Positions 39,278-52,100 are shown, numbered from the whole stretch's first letter. The stretch: 61,492 nucleotides of DNA, filler included, from Sphacelaria rigidula (GCA_964200075.2; 10 parts of 10 records of this genome joined end to end with filler, not necessarily neighbours in it); one strand, 5' to 3'. Numbers and translations: made by a program. The notes: a model not told the origin generated them from the sequence alone.

Positions 39278-39674
39278 TGTTCGTGATAGCTGCTGTAGTA
39301 TCGACTCATCTGGTTGGACGAATCGAATAACGGAACTGTCGGTCTATAAGTTGCTGAGCTACCACATATCTGAGTATTGCGAAGAACGTTCGCGGTCCTC
39401 TCTGTTGGTTATGTAGGAATACCCTTTGTGGATACTGCATTAGTCCGAGCATGGTATTTGTGGTGCGGGGAACAACCCGAGGTTTTTGTGGTACGTAAGG
39501 AAGTGCGTTGGTCCGAGTTCCATTGCTGGAACCATGTGGTTTCTAGATTTTCTGGGATGTAGATTACGCGAGCTCGCCTACCTTGCTCATTCCACTTTCC
39601 CGACTTGTCTCTGCGGACCAAGGTCTCAAAACTACAATACATCTTTTTCTCTAGAAGTCACGAGCTTACCAACA
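39278..39674 (+). mobile_element. Copia LTR (397 bp), shared by upstream pol and downstream gag
   Basis: Begins TGTTCGTGA right after the PPT; ends TTACCAACA (imperfect terminal inverted repeat); gag-like ATG at 39762. Confidence 0.8.
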
Positions 39675-42600
39675 CGCTATAGCGTGTTGGTTGACTGCTG
39701 CTTTGTCCCCCTTGGACTGTGCATGAGACTGTAGAGGGAGGCTTGATCAACCTGCCTCATCATGGCTGAACCGGGGAACAACGATCCTGCGGTTGTCTCA
39801 GCTGCGGGTGGATCGCAGGAAGTTGGTGAGAGGGTTTGTTTCATAGAGAAACAGTTGCCTCAACCTATGACTCTAGTATCGACGCTAGTTGAGCAACAGG
39901 GAGGGAGAGTGGAGTTCTCTGGTTTTGTAGTTGCCGCGCCGGGAGGCAGCGGGCAAGAGACTAGTATGCATCTTTCTGACGATGCTACTGGTGGGACCGC
40001 GGGAAGTACGGGCGGCGATGCCCAAGTCTTAGGCGTGTCCAGCATGTGGGATGGGAGTAGCAGTCTTGCAGACTCAGGATTGAATCCTCATGTATCTGCT
40101 TCAAATCGGTCCACTGTTCCTGCAGTAAACTTTGGTTCGATCGGGACTGTAGGTGGGGCTTTAGGACAGTCCTCTGTTCCGCCCGCTCCGTCTCTGTCGA
40201 GTAAGTGGAAACACTCTGATACCTGGGGCTGACATTTCTGACACAGGAGAGAAGTTGGGTAGGGGTCCTTTTAAAGTTCCCAATGCTCCTGTTTTTGACG
40301 GTAACGACGTGTCGTATCCTTCATGGTCGCAGAAGTTTCTGTTGAGTGCCCGACACAACAATCTGTATGAGGCGTTTGTTTCTGAAGCTGATATTTCGAT
40401 TGTAGACATTGATTTCGACTTACCGACATGATACTGTTGTTGAAATTTTATACAGCCAGTAATCCAGCGGCATGTTTCGTTCTGGGTTTTGGCTGTAGCA
40501 AATTAGCGGTGCAATAGATTCCGGTTAATAAAGTGCCCCAGTAATGACCCTGGGTGCAGTTATCGTTTCATGTGGATCCTTGATGGTAAATATATTGAAG
40601 TCAAGAAAGATGACAGAGAAGTGTGCATCCTGATGCTTGAGGGACTGTCGCACGAGTACAAGACTTTGCGTGAAACTCTTGTGGTGTTCTGTCCGAATGA
40701 CCCATAGTTCATAGAGAGAAGGGTCACTTGAGGAAGGACTGCCTGGCTCGTGTGATCGCTGATCCTACCCAGACCGGAAAATCCGAGGATGCCGAGGATG
40801 AGAACGGTAAGAGGTCTAGTTTGGTGTTGCTCTCTCAAACCAGCTTGAACAACTCGAGTGATCTGACAGGTCTGGTAGCATTTTATGATGCTATGCTGCG
40901 TGAGTGCTTGTTCAGTGATGATGCTGTTCGTGAATTCTCGTCTCTTGAAAGGAAGGATAGGTGTGTCGAAGATTGGTATGCAGGCACGGATACTGCTTTC
41001 CACATGACTGATTCTCTCTCTTGTATGAAGGATGTAAAGCCTTGCCACAAGAACGTAAAAGGGATTGGTGGCGTGACTTGTGAGATAGCACTCCACACGT
41101 GGAAAATTAGCACCCTGTAGGACGAGCTGCACAGGGTTTTCCACAGTCTGTGTGAACCCCCCTGCGTAGCATTTGCAAACCCTTGTACCTATAATAGCAT
41201 TTTGAATAGCGTTTTTGTCGAAACCCTGCAAGCAACCCTGTGGAGAGGCCTTCCCAATTTGGAAAATTCCAAATTATTTTGGTACACAATCTGTAGATTT
41301 ATTTTTTTGGAATAACTTCTCTTGCTGTCCGAGATAAATTTCATTTTGGCCTGTTCAAATCGGGCAAAATGGAATTTATCTCGGACAGCAGGAGAAGCTA
41401 TTCAAAAGAGATCCTTTTTTCGTTCAAGTTATTTGGGCAAAAAAGAGATATATTCCGAACAGCTTTTTCTGCTGCGCAAATCCTATGCACACTAGCAGAT
41501 TTGGAATTAGAACAGCAGAAGAAGCTCAAAATAAATCTTCACGTTGCCCTCCAACTCATCTGGAAATTGGGCAAAAATAGATTTTTTGCGAACAGCGTCG
41601 GCTGGGCATATTCCGCATACTGCACCGTTATCAGCGTATGGAATCCGACAAGCAGAACAAAAATGTTGGAAGTAATTTATCCTTTTGTCCCCCGGTCCAT
41701 GCACACGGGCTAAAGGATGCATAACTCTCAACAGCTTTTGCTGAATCGAGATCCGACACACTGATTACGATCGAGTGTATGTCCACACGCCTACGAGTTC
41801 AGATACGACGCTTCCACTTAAGACGTGGATATTGGGATGATGGTATATACCTCGCATATGATTAGACATTGCTTTTGAAAACCCCGTGGTCCGCAGTATA
41901 CCAAAATCACTCAACCGCGTATGCTTTTGTTTAGAGAGGTTTTTGTTTGATAGTCATTAGAAGCATAAAATAGTACCGTTTCAAACAACCAATCAGGTAG
42001 CTCAATAGGCAACATGATGCACTATCGAGCACGAAGTCGCGAGTTCGATTCTTACCCTGCCACTTCTCGACAGTTAACTTCTTCCAGTACCATGCCCATG
42101 CTGCATGGAGTATATTGTATGCGTGCTATAAAGTCTGCACAGCATATCAACAGCGATGAATTCTACACGGAGTGACGAAACCCTGTGAAGCGCCCTGTTG
42201 TGTGGCACAAAATAACACCCTACAGTCAAATCCCCGCGAAAAACCCTGCACAGTTTCCCTGAACCCTGTGAAGCATCCTGTGGGGCGCAAAATAAACAAA
42301 CTACAGCCAGATCTCCGCGAGAAACACTGCACAGTTTCCCTGAATCCTGTAGACGTGTTCCACAGGGTGCTATTTGTCCACGCGTGTCTCTGGAACACTG
42401 GAGTTGGTGTCTATGACTACTGACGGCGAATCTTCCGTAGAGCTGGAGAACGTGTTGTACTCTCCCAACTTAGGGTATCACCTCTTTTCCCCCAGCGCAG
42501 AGTTTGATGCAAGTCATGGAATGGGCTTGGTGGTCCTGATGGTGTCATGACTGCTTACGACGGACATGTTACTTTTCAGCACTTGGATGGCATGCTAATT

Positions 42601-42830
42601 GCGACTGCGTATCGTCTGGGACATGACTCTGTTGGTTCGGTGTTGGCTGCCCTCAGTCCTTCAAACCCCAAGCATGAAAATAAGATGGATGTGAACGAAT
42701 TCCATAACATTTATGCTCATTCACACGAGGGATGACTTGGTACTACTGCAAAACGACTAGGTACCGAGTTGACCGGTGACATGCATGCTTGTACGGGATG
42801 TTCGATGTCGAAGGCTATTAGGAAAGGAAT
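39675..42830 (+). mobile_element. Copia 5' internal region: gag, protease and integrase Zn-finger (decayed, interrupted by a DNA transposon)
   Basis: KVPNAPVFDGNDVSYPSWSQKF, ILMLEGLSHEYKTL (gag), DWYAGTDTAFHMT (protease), FHNIYAHSH..HACTGCSMSK (HHCC). Confidence 0.88.
41094..42386. mobile_element. 1293-bp non-autonomous CMC/EnSpm-like element with 2-bp TSD (TC) inserted in Copia pol
   Basis: TC|CACACGTGGAAAATTAGCACCCTGT...ACAGGGTGCTATTTGTCCACGCGTG|TC; removing the element and one TC restores GVTCEIALSGTLEL. Confidence 0.9.
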
Positions 42831-44099
42831 TGAGGGATGCTACGGTAGGGGGTACACAAATATCTTCTGAGGTTATATTTGTTAGGAGCCATTCATCTCA
42901 TCCAAAACACCACTTATGAAAATATGCGAGACACGCCAGGGTGACTATTCCAATGTGCTGGGGATATCCCGAATTAATCTGCAAACGGGGATGCCCTGAC
43001 CCATATTCTTGTGCGTNNNNNNNNNNNNNNNNNNNNNNNNNNNNNNNNNNNNNNNNNNNNTTAATTAATTAANNNNNNNNNNNNNNNNNNNNNNNNNNNN
43101 NNNNNNNNNNNNNNNNGGTCCGTTTATCGACGCCAATTGTCATAAAGAGGGAGTTAGCTAATGCAGTGGCTGGGGTCTATCAGTATGAGTGCCGGGAGAT
43201 ACCATGGTGTCAGCCTCACCAAGCTCCCACGTGGGCAAACTCATACAGACCTAGCTATCGTCTCTTGACTTATCACAAGGTAGGTTCATTCATGTTCAGA
43301 CTCTTGATAAGGAACTCACGTGTTTGCTTAGCATCATGTTTTATCTACAAGCAGCTCTCTAACTCAGTACAGCCGCAGGGCAGCCATAGGGGCAGAGCGT
43401 AGTGATGGCCCAGGGTAGACCACGGCAATGGCAGCAACTGATCAAGAAGGGGGACCGCTGCGTGGGGCCGCGGCTAAACAACCCTAACTTATGACAGTAG
43501 CAAACGCGGTAACGACGCGTCACGGAATCCAGGGCCTACGAGCAGACCCGCACAGAGTATATCTTGCAACGCCCCTGAGCTTCATCACAGGTGGACTCTG
43601 CAAAGCAAAAGCTGTTTGAAACAAATCTTCATTTTGCCCATCAATTCACCCTGTAATTGGGCAAAGGAAAGACTTATTTACGAGCAGCCTTCACTGTTCA
43701 AGTCCGACATACGAGTGTATGTTCACACGGCCGCGCTACACAGCTTTAGCCGGTGGATATATGGTGCACTAATGGGGAATACCTCGCTATTGTATAGATA
43801 CAGGTTCTCAAAACCCGGTAGTCCATGGTCGACGAATCGAACGAAAACGGCAAAACATTTTTTCATGCATGTACTTTGATATGACGATCACAACGAGAAA
43901 GGGCACGCGGTTTGGTGCTGCATATACTGGACTGACGGTACAATATTCCGTACAGGACAGTACTATATATCGTGCTTATCCACGTACGGTGCAATATCCT
44001 GCAGAGTTAGCGTGGCATATGGGCTACGTATGGCTATACAGAGTGGATGCCTGTAACTTTGCGTACATGGGGGTGTTATATATACCGTCAGCTACTGCC

Positions 44100-47000
44100 G
44101 TATAGACCACCACGCATTGGTACGTGAATCCGCAGGAGGTGTATGTGACCTTACAATGTAGGGCGAAACTACAGTACTCGAGGGAGTCGAAACTACAGTA
44201 TTCGAGCGATCAGACTTACTAACGCTGTACGGCCGAAGACGCGTCGCTATCTGTGATGAAATCCCCGATTTTCGATCAAATCGTAATCTGCCACTGAACA
44301 AATGCATTCCAGTGGAATTCAAAGCGATACCCTGCCGCTCCTGCATGTGGTGAAGGGAGAAAATATTGAACTTGATACCCTCCACGACGTGGACATCGGT
44401 CAACTGTATTGGGAAGTCACTTGGAGGGCTGAGACATCCAAAGATCTCATGTGAAATGTCAAGTTCAAGTTACCTACTGCCTTCACAGGAAGTCTGGTCC
44501 CGTTACCCATCACGAAATATTCCATGCCCTGAGGAGGGGGTCGTAAATCAAAAACGTCATCTACTCTACCCGTGACATGAACCGTAGTGCCTGTATCCGC
44601 GAGCCATTCTTCTGCATTATCATCCTTACCAGATACAGTACCACCACCCAGTACATCATACCTACGTGGATCGTAATCACCCAGTCGTAAACGAGACTCG
44701 CCTGCGGGCATGGTACGCGCCATGAATAGCCGTGGATGTTCCCCAGTATGCGTATCGGGAGAGGCAGCAGATGTAGCTGGAGGGGCTCGCGGCTCTTGTT
44801 GTTGTTGCTGTTGGTCGTGATGTGGATCTTCGGTCTGGTATTGTTGTTGGTGATGACTGTTGTCCGGGTGAGGATAGTAGTAAGAGTAATGGCCCTGGCC
44901 CGGCGGGTGATATTGTTGGGAATGTTGCTGTCGGGGCTGTGTTCGATGTGACGGTGGCTCATGATTCTGCACGTAGTGGGTATATCTAGCATCACTGAAG
45001 TCGTCTCTGCCCGGTGGAGTGAAGTGTTCGTCAGTAGTCAGTGGCTCACTATACTGTACAAGGTTTGCACGCGAGAGAGACACCCTGGAATGTCGGTAGT
45101 CGTTGAAGTGGCGAGGATCGTCGGTGTGATGGTTACGTTGGGGGTGGTGGTCCCGTGATGCGGGGCACGCTGGTCTCGGTGAGGATATCGATTGCCATGT
45201 CGGCTATCAACATGACTGCGCCCGTCGCCTCGTGTGTGACAGATTGTGCAATTGGGAATATTGCATGATGAGGGTTGAGAGGTTGAGTTGGGGTTGTGGT
45301 CGTTGTGTGGGTCATGTGGGGATATAAAATGTGCTCGGGAATAAGGCCTTGGCGACGGGTCATGGTCATAGTGGTGGTGTGACGTCGAATTCCCAGTTCG
45401 GTCAGATCCACACTCCCGGCAGTGGTGGTTGCCCCCCCTGCCTCCGCGTCGCCTCCCCGATATGTCACTGTGGGATACATCTCGAGCTATAGCGGACAAG
45501 GCATGATTAGTCGGAGAGTCTATCCTGCTGCTCGACAGTACGTGCAGTTTTCACCGTTCGGTGAAGGGTCTCAGTATCGATATCTGGCATGGCGAGGAGA
45601 ATTCCTCTCTGGATCTGATACTCCGATGACAGCCTGCGTGCGTAATGTCTGTTTGTATCAGACTTCGAAATTACATGACCAAAATGGTCTCTTCTGGCGG
45701 ATCAGATTCGCCCTATTTAGAAATACCAAAGGCCTTCCGCCCGGGGGCATCTGCAGGCATGACCATTCGTGCTCAAGACGTGCCTTCTCAGTGGTAGGCG
45801 AAACGGTATAATACTGAACAAAATAATCTCAAGACTCACTAGGCGAACCAAGCATCGCAATTTTTTCTACCATTACGGGCGCGGTGATCTTTTCGAGGAG
45901 TATATCGTGGGCACGTTGAGCTTCCTGTACTGCTCTAAACCCATGCTGCCTTATCAACTCTTCTTCTCTTTCATGGAACACTCGAATGGGGTCTTCAACA
46001 AACAGAGCATCATAGCATTTCCCGGCACGAAAATGTCCGATCATCTGAACTTGAAACACACGAAACTTGGATTCCAGATTTCCCCCTGCTATTACTGTAC
46101 CGTCCCATGGGTGGATGCTCGTATTGTTGCGTACTCTTACAAAGTTGGGTGGGGCATGTTGCCCTCCCGTGATGTTGTCGCTTCGGAACTCTGGAAAAAA
46201 ACGTGGATTGTTCTCCTGCTCGCGGTGTGCCGTACCCACCGTGGGGTTACCTTGTGCGCCTGCGCCCAAATGCATACTCCTCTCTTTCGTACTCTGCAAC
46301 AGCATCGCGCTTTGCGGCCTCGATAAGCTCTGCCTGTTTTTCTTCCATGACTCGTAGTTTTTCGGTCTGTTCTACCTCCATACGCCTGAGTTTTCCCGTC
46401 AACTCTTCATTACTGTACTTCATGTTAGTCATGGATCGACTTTTATTATCTACTTCTGTTACTTGTTGAATCGTTTGTCTCAAACTCTCCTTGACCTCTC
46501 ACTTGTTGACTCCCTTCCTCGTTGACTCAAGCGCAATCAAATGCTGCTCTTTTGTTCGAACTGTAACGAACGCTAACTGCGTAACTCTTTTTGAAGGCTC
46601 AAGCGCTAACTAGTGCTGCTGAATTTTGTCTCTGACCATGACAAACGCTAATTGCGTAACTCTCTTTGACGGCTCAAGCGCTATGAAGTGCTGCTGAATT
46701 TTGCCTGACCGTAACAAACGCTGACTGCGTGACTCTCTTTGAAGGCTCAAGCGCTAACTAGTGCTGCTGTATCTTGCCTCGAGCTGGCTCAAGCGCTATC
46801 AAGTGCTGTTGAATCTTGCCTCGAGCTGGCTCAAGCGCTATCAAGTGCTGCTCAATATTGCTCAAACTCGCTCTCACTTCCCTGCTACTCCGGCTGCTGT
46901 ATACCCGTTTCAAACTCGCTAGCGTATTTGATGAAGGGATGATCCCGCAGAGGACGCGCTCTGGACAGGGGAACGTGTATACCTTCTTCTTGTATTAACC

Positions 47001-47316
47001 TCTCGTAACCTTCACTCACCACACATCAACCGTGCACGCTCCACCCGAGCTGCTCTCTCCAACCCAAAACGCACTGACCAAAAATGCACACCAAAACACA
47101 ACTGGCTACGGTAGGGAGGACCGCATATGGGTTCCCCCAATTGGTCCCACACCCAGTCATGACATAATCCGTCAACGTACGCGATCCGATATCCATGATG
47201 CTTCGTCAATCTGCACCGCATGTACCCGAATTAATCCAATCACACGTGCACTATTGTTCAGCTCGACGATCGTCAATTAAGGTGTATCAAGACAAGAACA
47301 ACATGACATAACGACA
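44100..47316 (-). mobile_element. Second, different Copia family: putative LTR 47316-46925, leader with tandem repeats, gag, protease (truncated)
   Basis: Coiled-coil gag start (46483-46247), IHPWDG..KFRVFQVQMIGHF, protease WLADTGTTVHVTG..VMGNGTRLPVKAVGNLNL, VEGIKFNIFSL; GAGGGG precedes TGTCG at 47316; LTR limits inferred. Confidence 0.82.
46563..46853. repeat. Tandem array in the Copia leader: three ~74-bp units then two 42-bp units
   Basis: GGCTCAAGCGCTA..(A/T)AGTGCTG occurs five times. Confidence 0.9.
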
Positions 47317-49104
47317 CCCCTCATCGGGGGGTTTCACCCCCCACCCCCCACTTCTCTGGACCGTCGTCATTGCCGTACTATTTGGGCTTCACTGGTCTCC
47401 CGTCTAATCGCAATGCTACGACCTTTCTTCAACCAGATGAGAGATATGAAAAGCATGTAAGTAAAAAAGCAGCTTTGATTGGTCCACACGTTGCGCCGCT
47501 GCGACACAGACAGCTGCTACCGGCAATAAACGAGGATACAGCAACTCCGTGCTGGCTCACTTTGTTTGTCCCAACCTGCACGCACCCGCCTGGCGTGTCT
47601 CCCCCGATCACAGCACCCGACTATAATTGAAGTACCAGAGAAGACTCAACAGACAGCTGTACAGCCGTTATGTGATGATTGTTTCAACCTTCCTTTGTTC
47701 CGACAGGATCTCGATCCCACCCCAATTCTGTGCAGCCCGAAACACGGCATGCAGCAGTACGCACTCTCCAGTGCACATCGCACCGTAATCGTCGTAGAGT
47801 GTTTAGATGCCCAACAGCACAGCGAGAACTGCAGTATAGAAATGATGGGTTTGGGGAGCGCCTTATTCCTTTGACTCGAGACGAAACAGCCAACACGCCA
47901 TGAACGTTTTAACGGTGTGTAGAGAGCACTGCGTGCCGACAACATTGTTTTGCACAGAGACGAACGGAATTACAGTATAAAGCAACTCGGGCACTCCCAG
48001 CGGAGATCAAACTGACTCCACAAAGGCCTGAAGACACCACAGCGCAGCGACACCCACGGCACACAAGACAGAGCATGAGTGTGTTTGTGCTGCAGCACAG
48101 TGGTAAAGGACATGTCCCATGCGATAGTTATTTCCCTGATTTCAGGTGGGTCCTCGATTTTTGCCCAGCGGCGATTTTCAAACGCTTGGCCATAATCGCG
48201 CTTCGCGCGAAAATTTTTCGATTCACTTTGAGTGACCCTTATCTGTGGGAGGTGAGCCCTTTTCGAGGGCTGTTCACCAGATGGTCGGAAAAAATTGTTG
48301 ACACGAATAATGAGGTGCCGACAACAGACGTCGGCATAACTGTCCAACCATATGATTGTGAAACTAATGGTTGGCCGTCTTTCGGATCTTGTGGTCGATG
48401 CTGTTGGCAACAGGTCGATCAATATGCAGGCACGACCGTACCACGATGGTAGTCCACTGAGTTGGTTCAGAACCAAAACGAAGATAAACTATAGCGACTA
48501 CTTTGATGGTACAGTACACCGCACCGTGGCAGGCTCCCTGCATTCGCTAGTAGTGCGGCTCAGCCCATGCTGTTCTGCTTGATATGTCTTGCACACGCAC
48601 AAAATACCATGCATACGCACCAGGTTTTTCACCGTGACCATAAAGCCACCGCAGTTTGAAAACACCACTCAGGCCGTACATGGTTTGAGACATGAGATAC
48701 AACCCTGGGTACGGTCAGCGAATTAGGAATGTGCAACGAGATGCAAATGTAAATTTCTCTGGACGCGGCACCCGTGTGTGGGCAGTCGCACCGTAGACGT
48801 CGATGTACTGTGGCCGAACGCGACATTCGCGGGCAGCGAAATCGCCTCACTTCTGTGGTGCTGACGCACAGGCGGGCTATGGATGGCGAAATCATTGAAG
48901 AAACAAAGGGCAAATGAAAGTCAAATTCAAACCCAGGGGAAAAATCGAAAATAAATAAAAGGCAACGGAGACACAAAGAGAAACACTCGCCTAGATGGCG
49001 ACGGAGACACCCCAAAGGACACTCGACTAGATATCCAAGCCAAGTAGGACGAGGCCAAACAGGAAGTGGGGTCGATAGAGCAATACATAAAACATTTTCC
49101 CCAG

Positions 49105-49175
49105 GTAACAGTGTTTTCGTGAGATTGAGAGTAGATGATACGATTGAGAGTGGCTTTGATCATTCGCTCTAAGTG
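49105..49175 (+). repeat. Short dispersed repeat block shared with ~53982-54045
   Basis: GTTTTCGTGA.ATTGAGAGTAGA...GATTGA.AGTGGCTTT.ATCATTCGCT.TAA in both. Confidence 0.7.
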
Positions 49176-52100
49176 NNNNNNNNNNNNNNNNNNNNNNNNN
49201 NNNNNNNNNNNNNNNNNNNTTAATTAATTAANNNNNNNNNNNNNNNNNNNNNNNNNNNNNNNNNNNNNNNNNNNNCGGCTGATGCGCCCACATATCTCGA
49301 AAGGGGTAGACTGGCGCCCAGAATAGATGGGACGACAACACACACAACACACAACACTGTTTACGATGCAACCCTCTACAGTCATTTTCGGAATCATTCC
49401 TGTGCTCATGTTTTTCGCTGCAAAGCTCTCGTTGTGATCGGCCCACCTACGCTGTAACAGTCTCCGTATCTACGTTGCTGACCCATGTTTCCACTACAGT
49501 AGTCTGTGGATTTCATCCCTGCTAGTCACTCTCGCTACTACAGTCAATCAAATATTTCAATTTTCTGTGTCTCCTTGCGATTATCCTTCAACAGAGGTTT
49601 CCGTTTTCCGTGCACCTGTGAAACACTTCAACCAACGTTCAACGATCGTTGTACTCTCGCGTGCCTCAGTCAAACAACTTTAGTGGATTCCAACACACTC
49701 TTGCGCGTCCAACTCACAGTCTACAATTTTCCGACTGCAACGTGCATACATACATGCAAGCAAGCAACACTCTGATGCGTTCAATCGTCCACAGTCAATA
49801 TCACTCCACCATTTCACATCTCACAACATGGACGAAACATAAACAATTCATAGGTCTCTCGGAAGACTTCTTTTTACCGAGAGAGAAAACTTCGCGCAGC
49901 AAATAGAATCTCATGGGTCAGTATACTAATCCCTTCTCCCAGAAAATCCGTCCGGTCGGGAGAGAATAGCATTTCACAGGTCAGGGTATCTCGCCTCTTC
50001 TCCTGGAAAATTTCACGTCCAGCTGAGAGAGAAACCTCCGCAATGCATACCACGTACTTCCTCCGGTTGTGTCAGTCCCTTCTGTTCAGATTACTGCAGA
50101 CAAGCCCTCCTTTACTGCCGAGTCTTCATTGCGACAGCCTACTCTCTACTGTGCAAAGCCTGACTACTACGACAGTCGACTGCTGCTAGCATCCCTCTAC
50201 AGTCTCTTGCTGATCAACCATCGAGAACGTAGTACATCATCTTAGGAAGCCTTCCTGTCTGTTCTGCATTACACTGGTGAGCTGTGATTTTATCCTGCTT
50301 CCCAACTTCCCATATGCCTGCCGCGGCCTCCAAGTTTCCGTACTATGTATGTTACCCAAAACAGGCTCGAACACACCCCGCCTTGTAATCCGACACCATC
50401 AACACCGAAAACATATCCACCCCTAAGGAAAGACTCACGTTGGGGGACCCTGCCCCCTGATGATGTCCCCTTGACATCCCCTGAGGTCGAACCATGTAGG
50501 CCTCGACTGCCTCCCCCATGGCCAAGAAGGTCAGCTGCCTGCAGCCCCCTCGTGTGTTACGGTTGACTTGTTGCTGCGGTCGTTACCCCTCCTGGGCCGC
50601 TGCTTACGATGACGTCTCCGCTCCTGACGCCCCCGGCTTCACCCGCCCCGTTGCTTCTGACCTGCATGATGTCCAGTCGCTGTGTCATCTTCTCCAGCAG
50701 ACGACCAAACGTCACTGTCGTGCTCTCCACTTGAGCAATGCAACCTACGGTTACAGAGGACTCCGTTCTTCTCTCCGAACCGTAGTCAGAAGACTGCTGT
50801 TGTTGGGCGTCCCCACGTGTAGCCATGCCTTCGTGCCTTGAGCCGTACCGGTAGGGATACTAGTATATTGGTTGGCTCAGTTGCCCGTGAAGAGCTGTTG
50901 AGATAGTCTATTAAAGCAGGTCAGCCAGTCTGACTGCGGTGGTGGAATGAAGTGAGGTAATGCGCGAGCCACACACCTCATGTCCCCAAGACAAGACTTC
51001 ACGTACGTAACGGAACGCCTAAATGCGGTGTAACACCATACACGTGTACCCAATCAGATCACCACCCGTCACGTCAGTCACTACATCGTAGATCCTTATC
51101 TTACCTCTCTAAAGATACTCAATGATCCCAACAAAGTACTCGTGGTGGTGTCAGCTCTTGGCTTACCGACCGGGTCACTACCGGGGGTTCTTCTCCAACC
51201 CGTGGAGCAACGGAAAGCGAGGGTTCCCTGTGGTCATAATCCACAGTGGAATAACTATGCTCGACTACAAAGGGGCCCGACGCTCTGTGAACATCTGGGC
51301 CAACATGTACCTACAGTGGATAGCCGCGGGGGCAGCAACACAATACCGTGAGACAGCCGCTCTCTCGGCATGTGGCTACCTGCAGAAAACGTGGTCTCCC
51401 ACCCCGATGGTCGGGGAGGAGCTAGCTGCTAACAGTTGGAACTATGAAGTGGTGCACTAGAGTGATCAATTCCGATGATGAAACAACACAATTCTTCACC
51501 TTGAGAGCTACACCCACGTGTGGTTTCGCGGGATCGTGCCTGAGTGGGACCCTTGAGCCAGGATTGATCGGACCCGTTGTACCCACACCACAAGCCTGAT
51601 ATAGCGCCGGCCAACGTTAACTCGGTATTGAGACATGGGGCCGCTGGCCGCGTATAAAATAAGACCGCACCGTGCATGTTTTGGTGTGTGGTCGGGAGCC
51701 GCCACAGCTGGCTTGGGTTCATTCTCGTGGAACGATAGATCACCAGAGGCTGAGGGGAAATTTCATTCAGGCTATGGTTTTCTCGTCTCTTTCTTTTTGT
51801 GTACCAAGCACCGGGCCTGCTAGCAAGTACAAAGACTAGCACCGTGATTTTGGGTGTTGTCGTGAAGGCATGCAATCACCATTTTATACTCCAGACAGGT
51901 TTCAGTGAAACCTTGTCTGGTGGTACACGGAGTTGTCAGGGCAGCGTTTTGGTGGGGCGCGGGGCGCAAAGTACTGGGCTGGCTACGGTGGTACTTGATA
52001 CAGTGTGGTGTGTATCGGAGCACGTGGGTCTGCTGGTGAGGGCGTCTGGAACCTTAGTAAAATATCCTGTGTGGCCCTCACTTCGGAGAAGCATCGCGAT

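Noticed and set aside
40428..40560. Solo LTR/TRIM inside Copia gag (TG...CA)
   Set aside because: No TSD and no second copy
46563..46853. CRISPR-like array
   Set aside because: Spacers are themselves repeated, context is eukaryotic retrotransposon, no cas genes
50557..50900. Third gag-like ORF (minus) with palindromic PBS
   Set aside because: ORF composition is gag-like but has no diagnostic motif; only short palindromes (ATACTAGTAT) and no supportable LTR boundary
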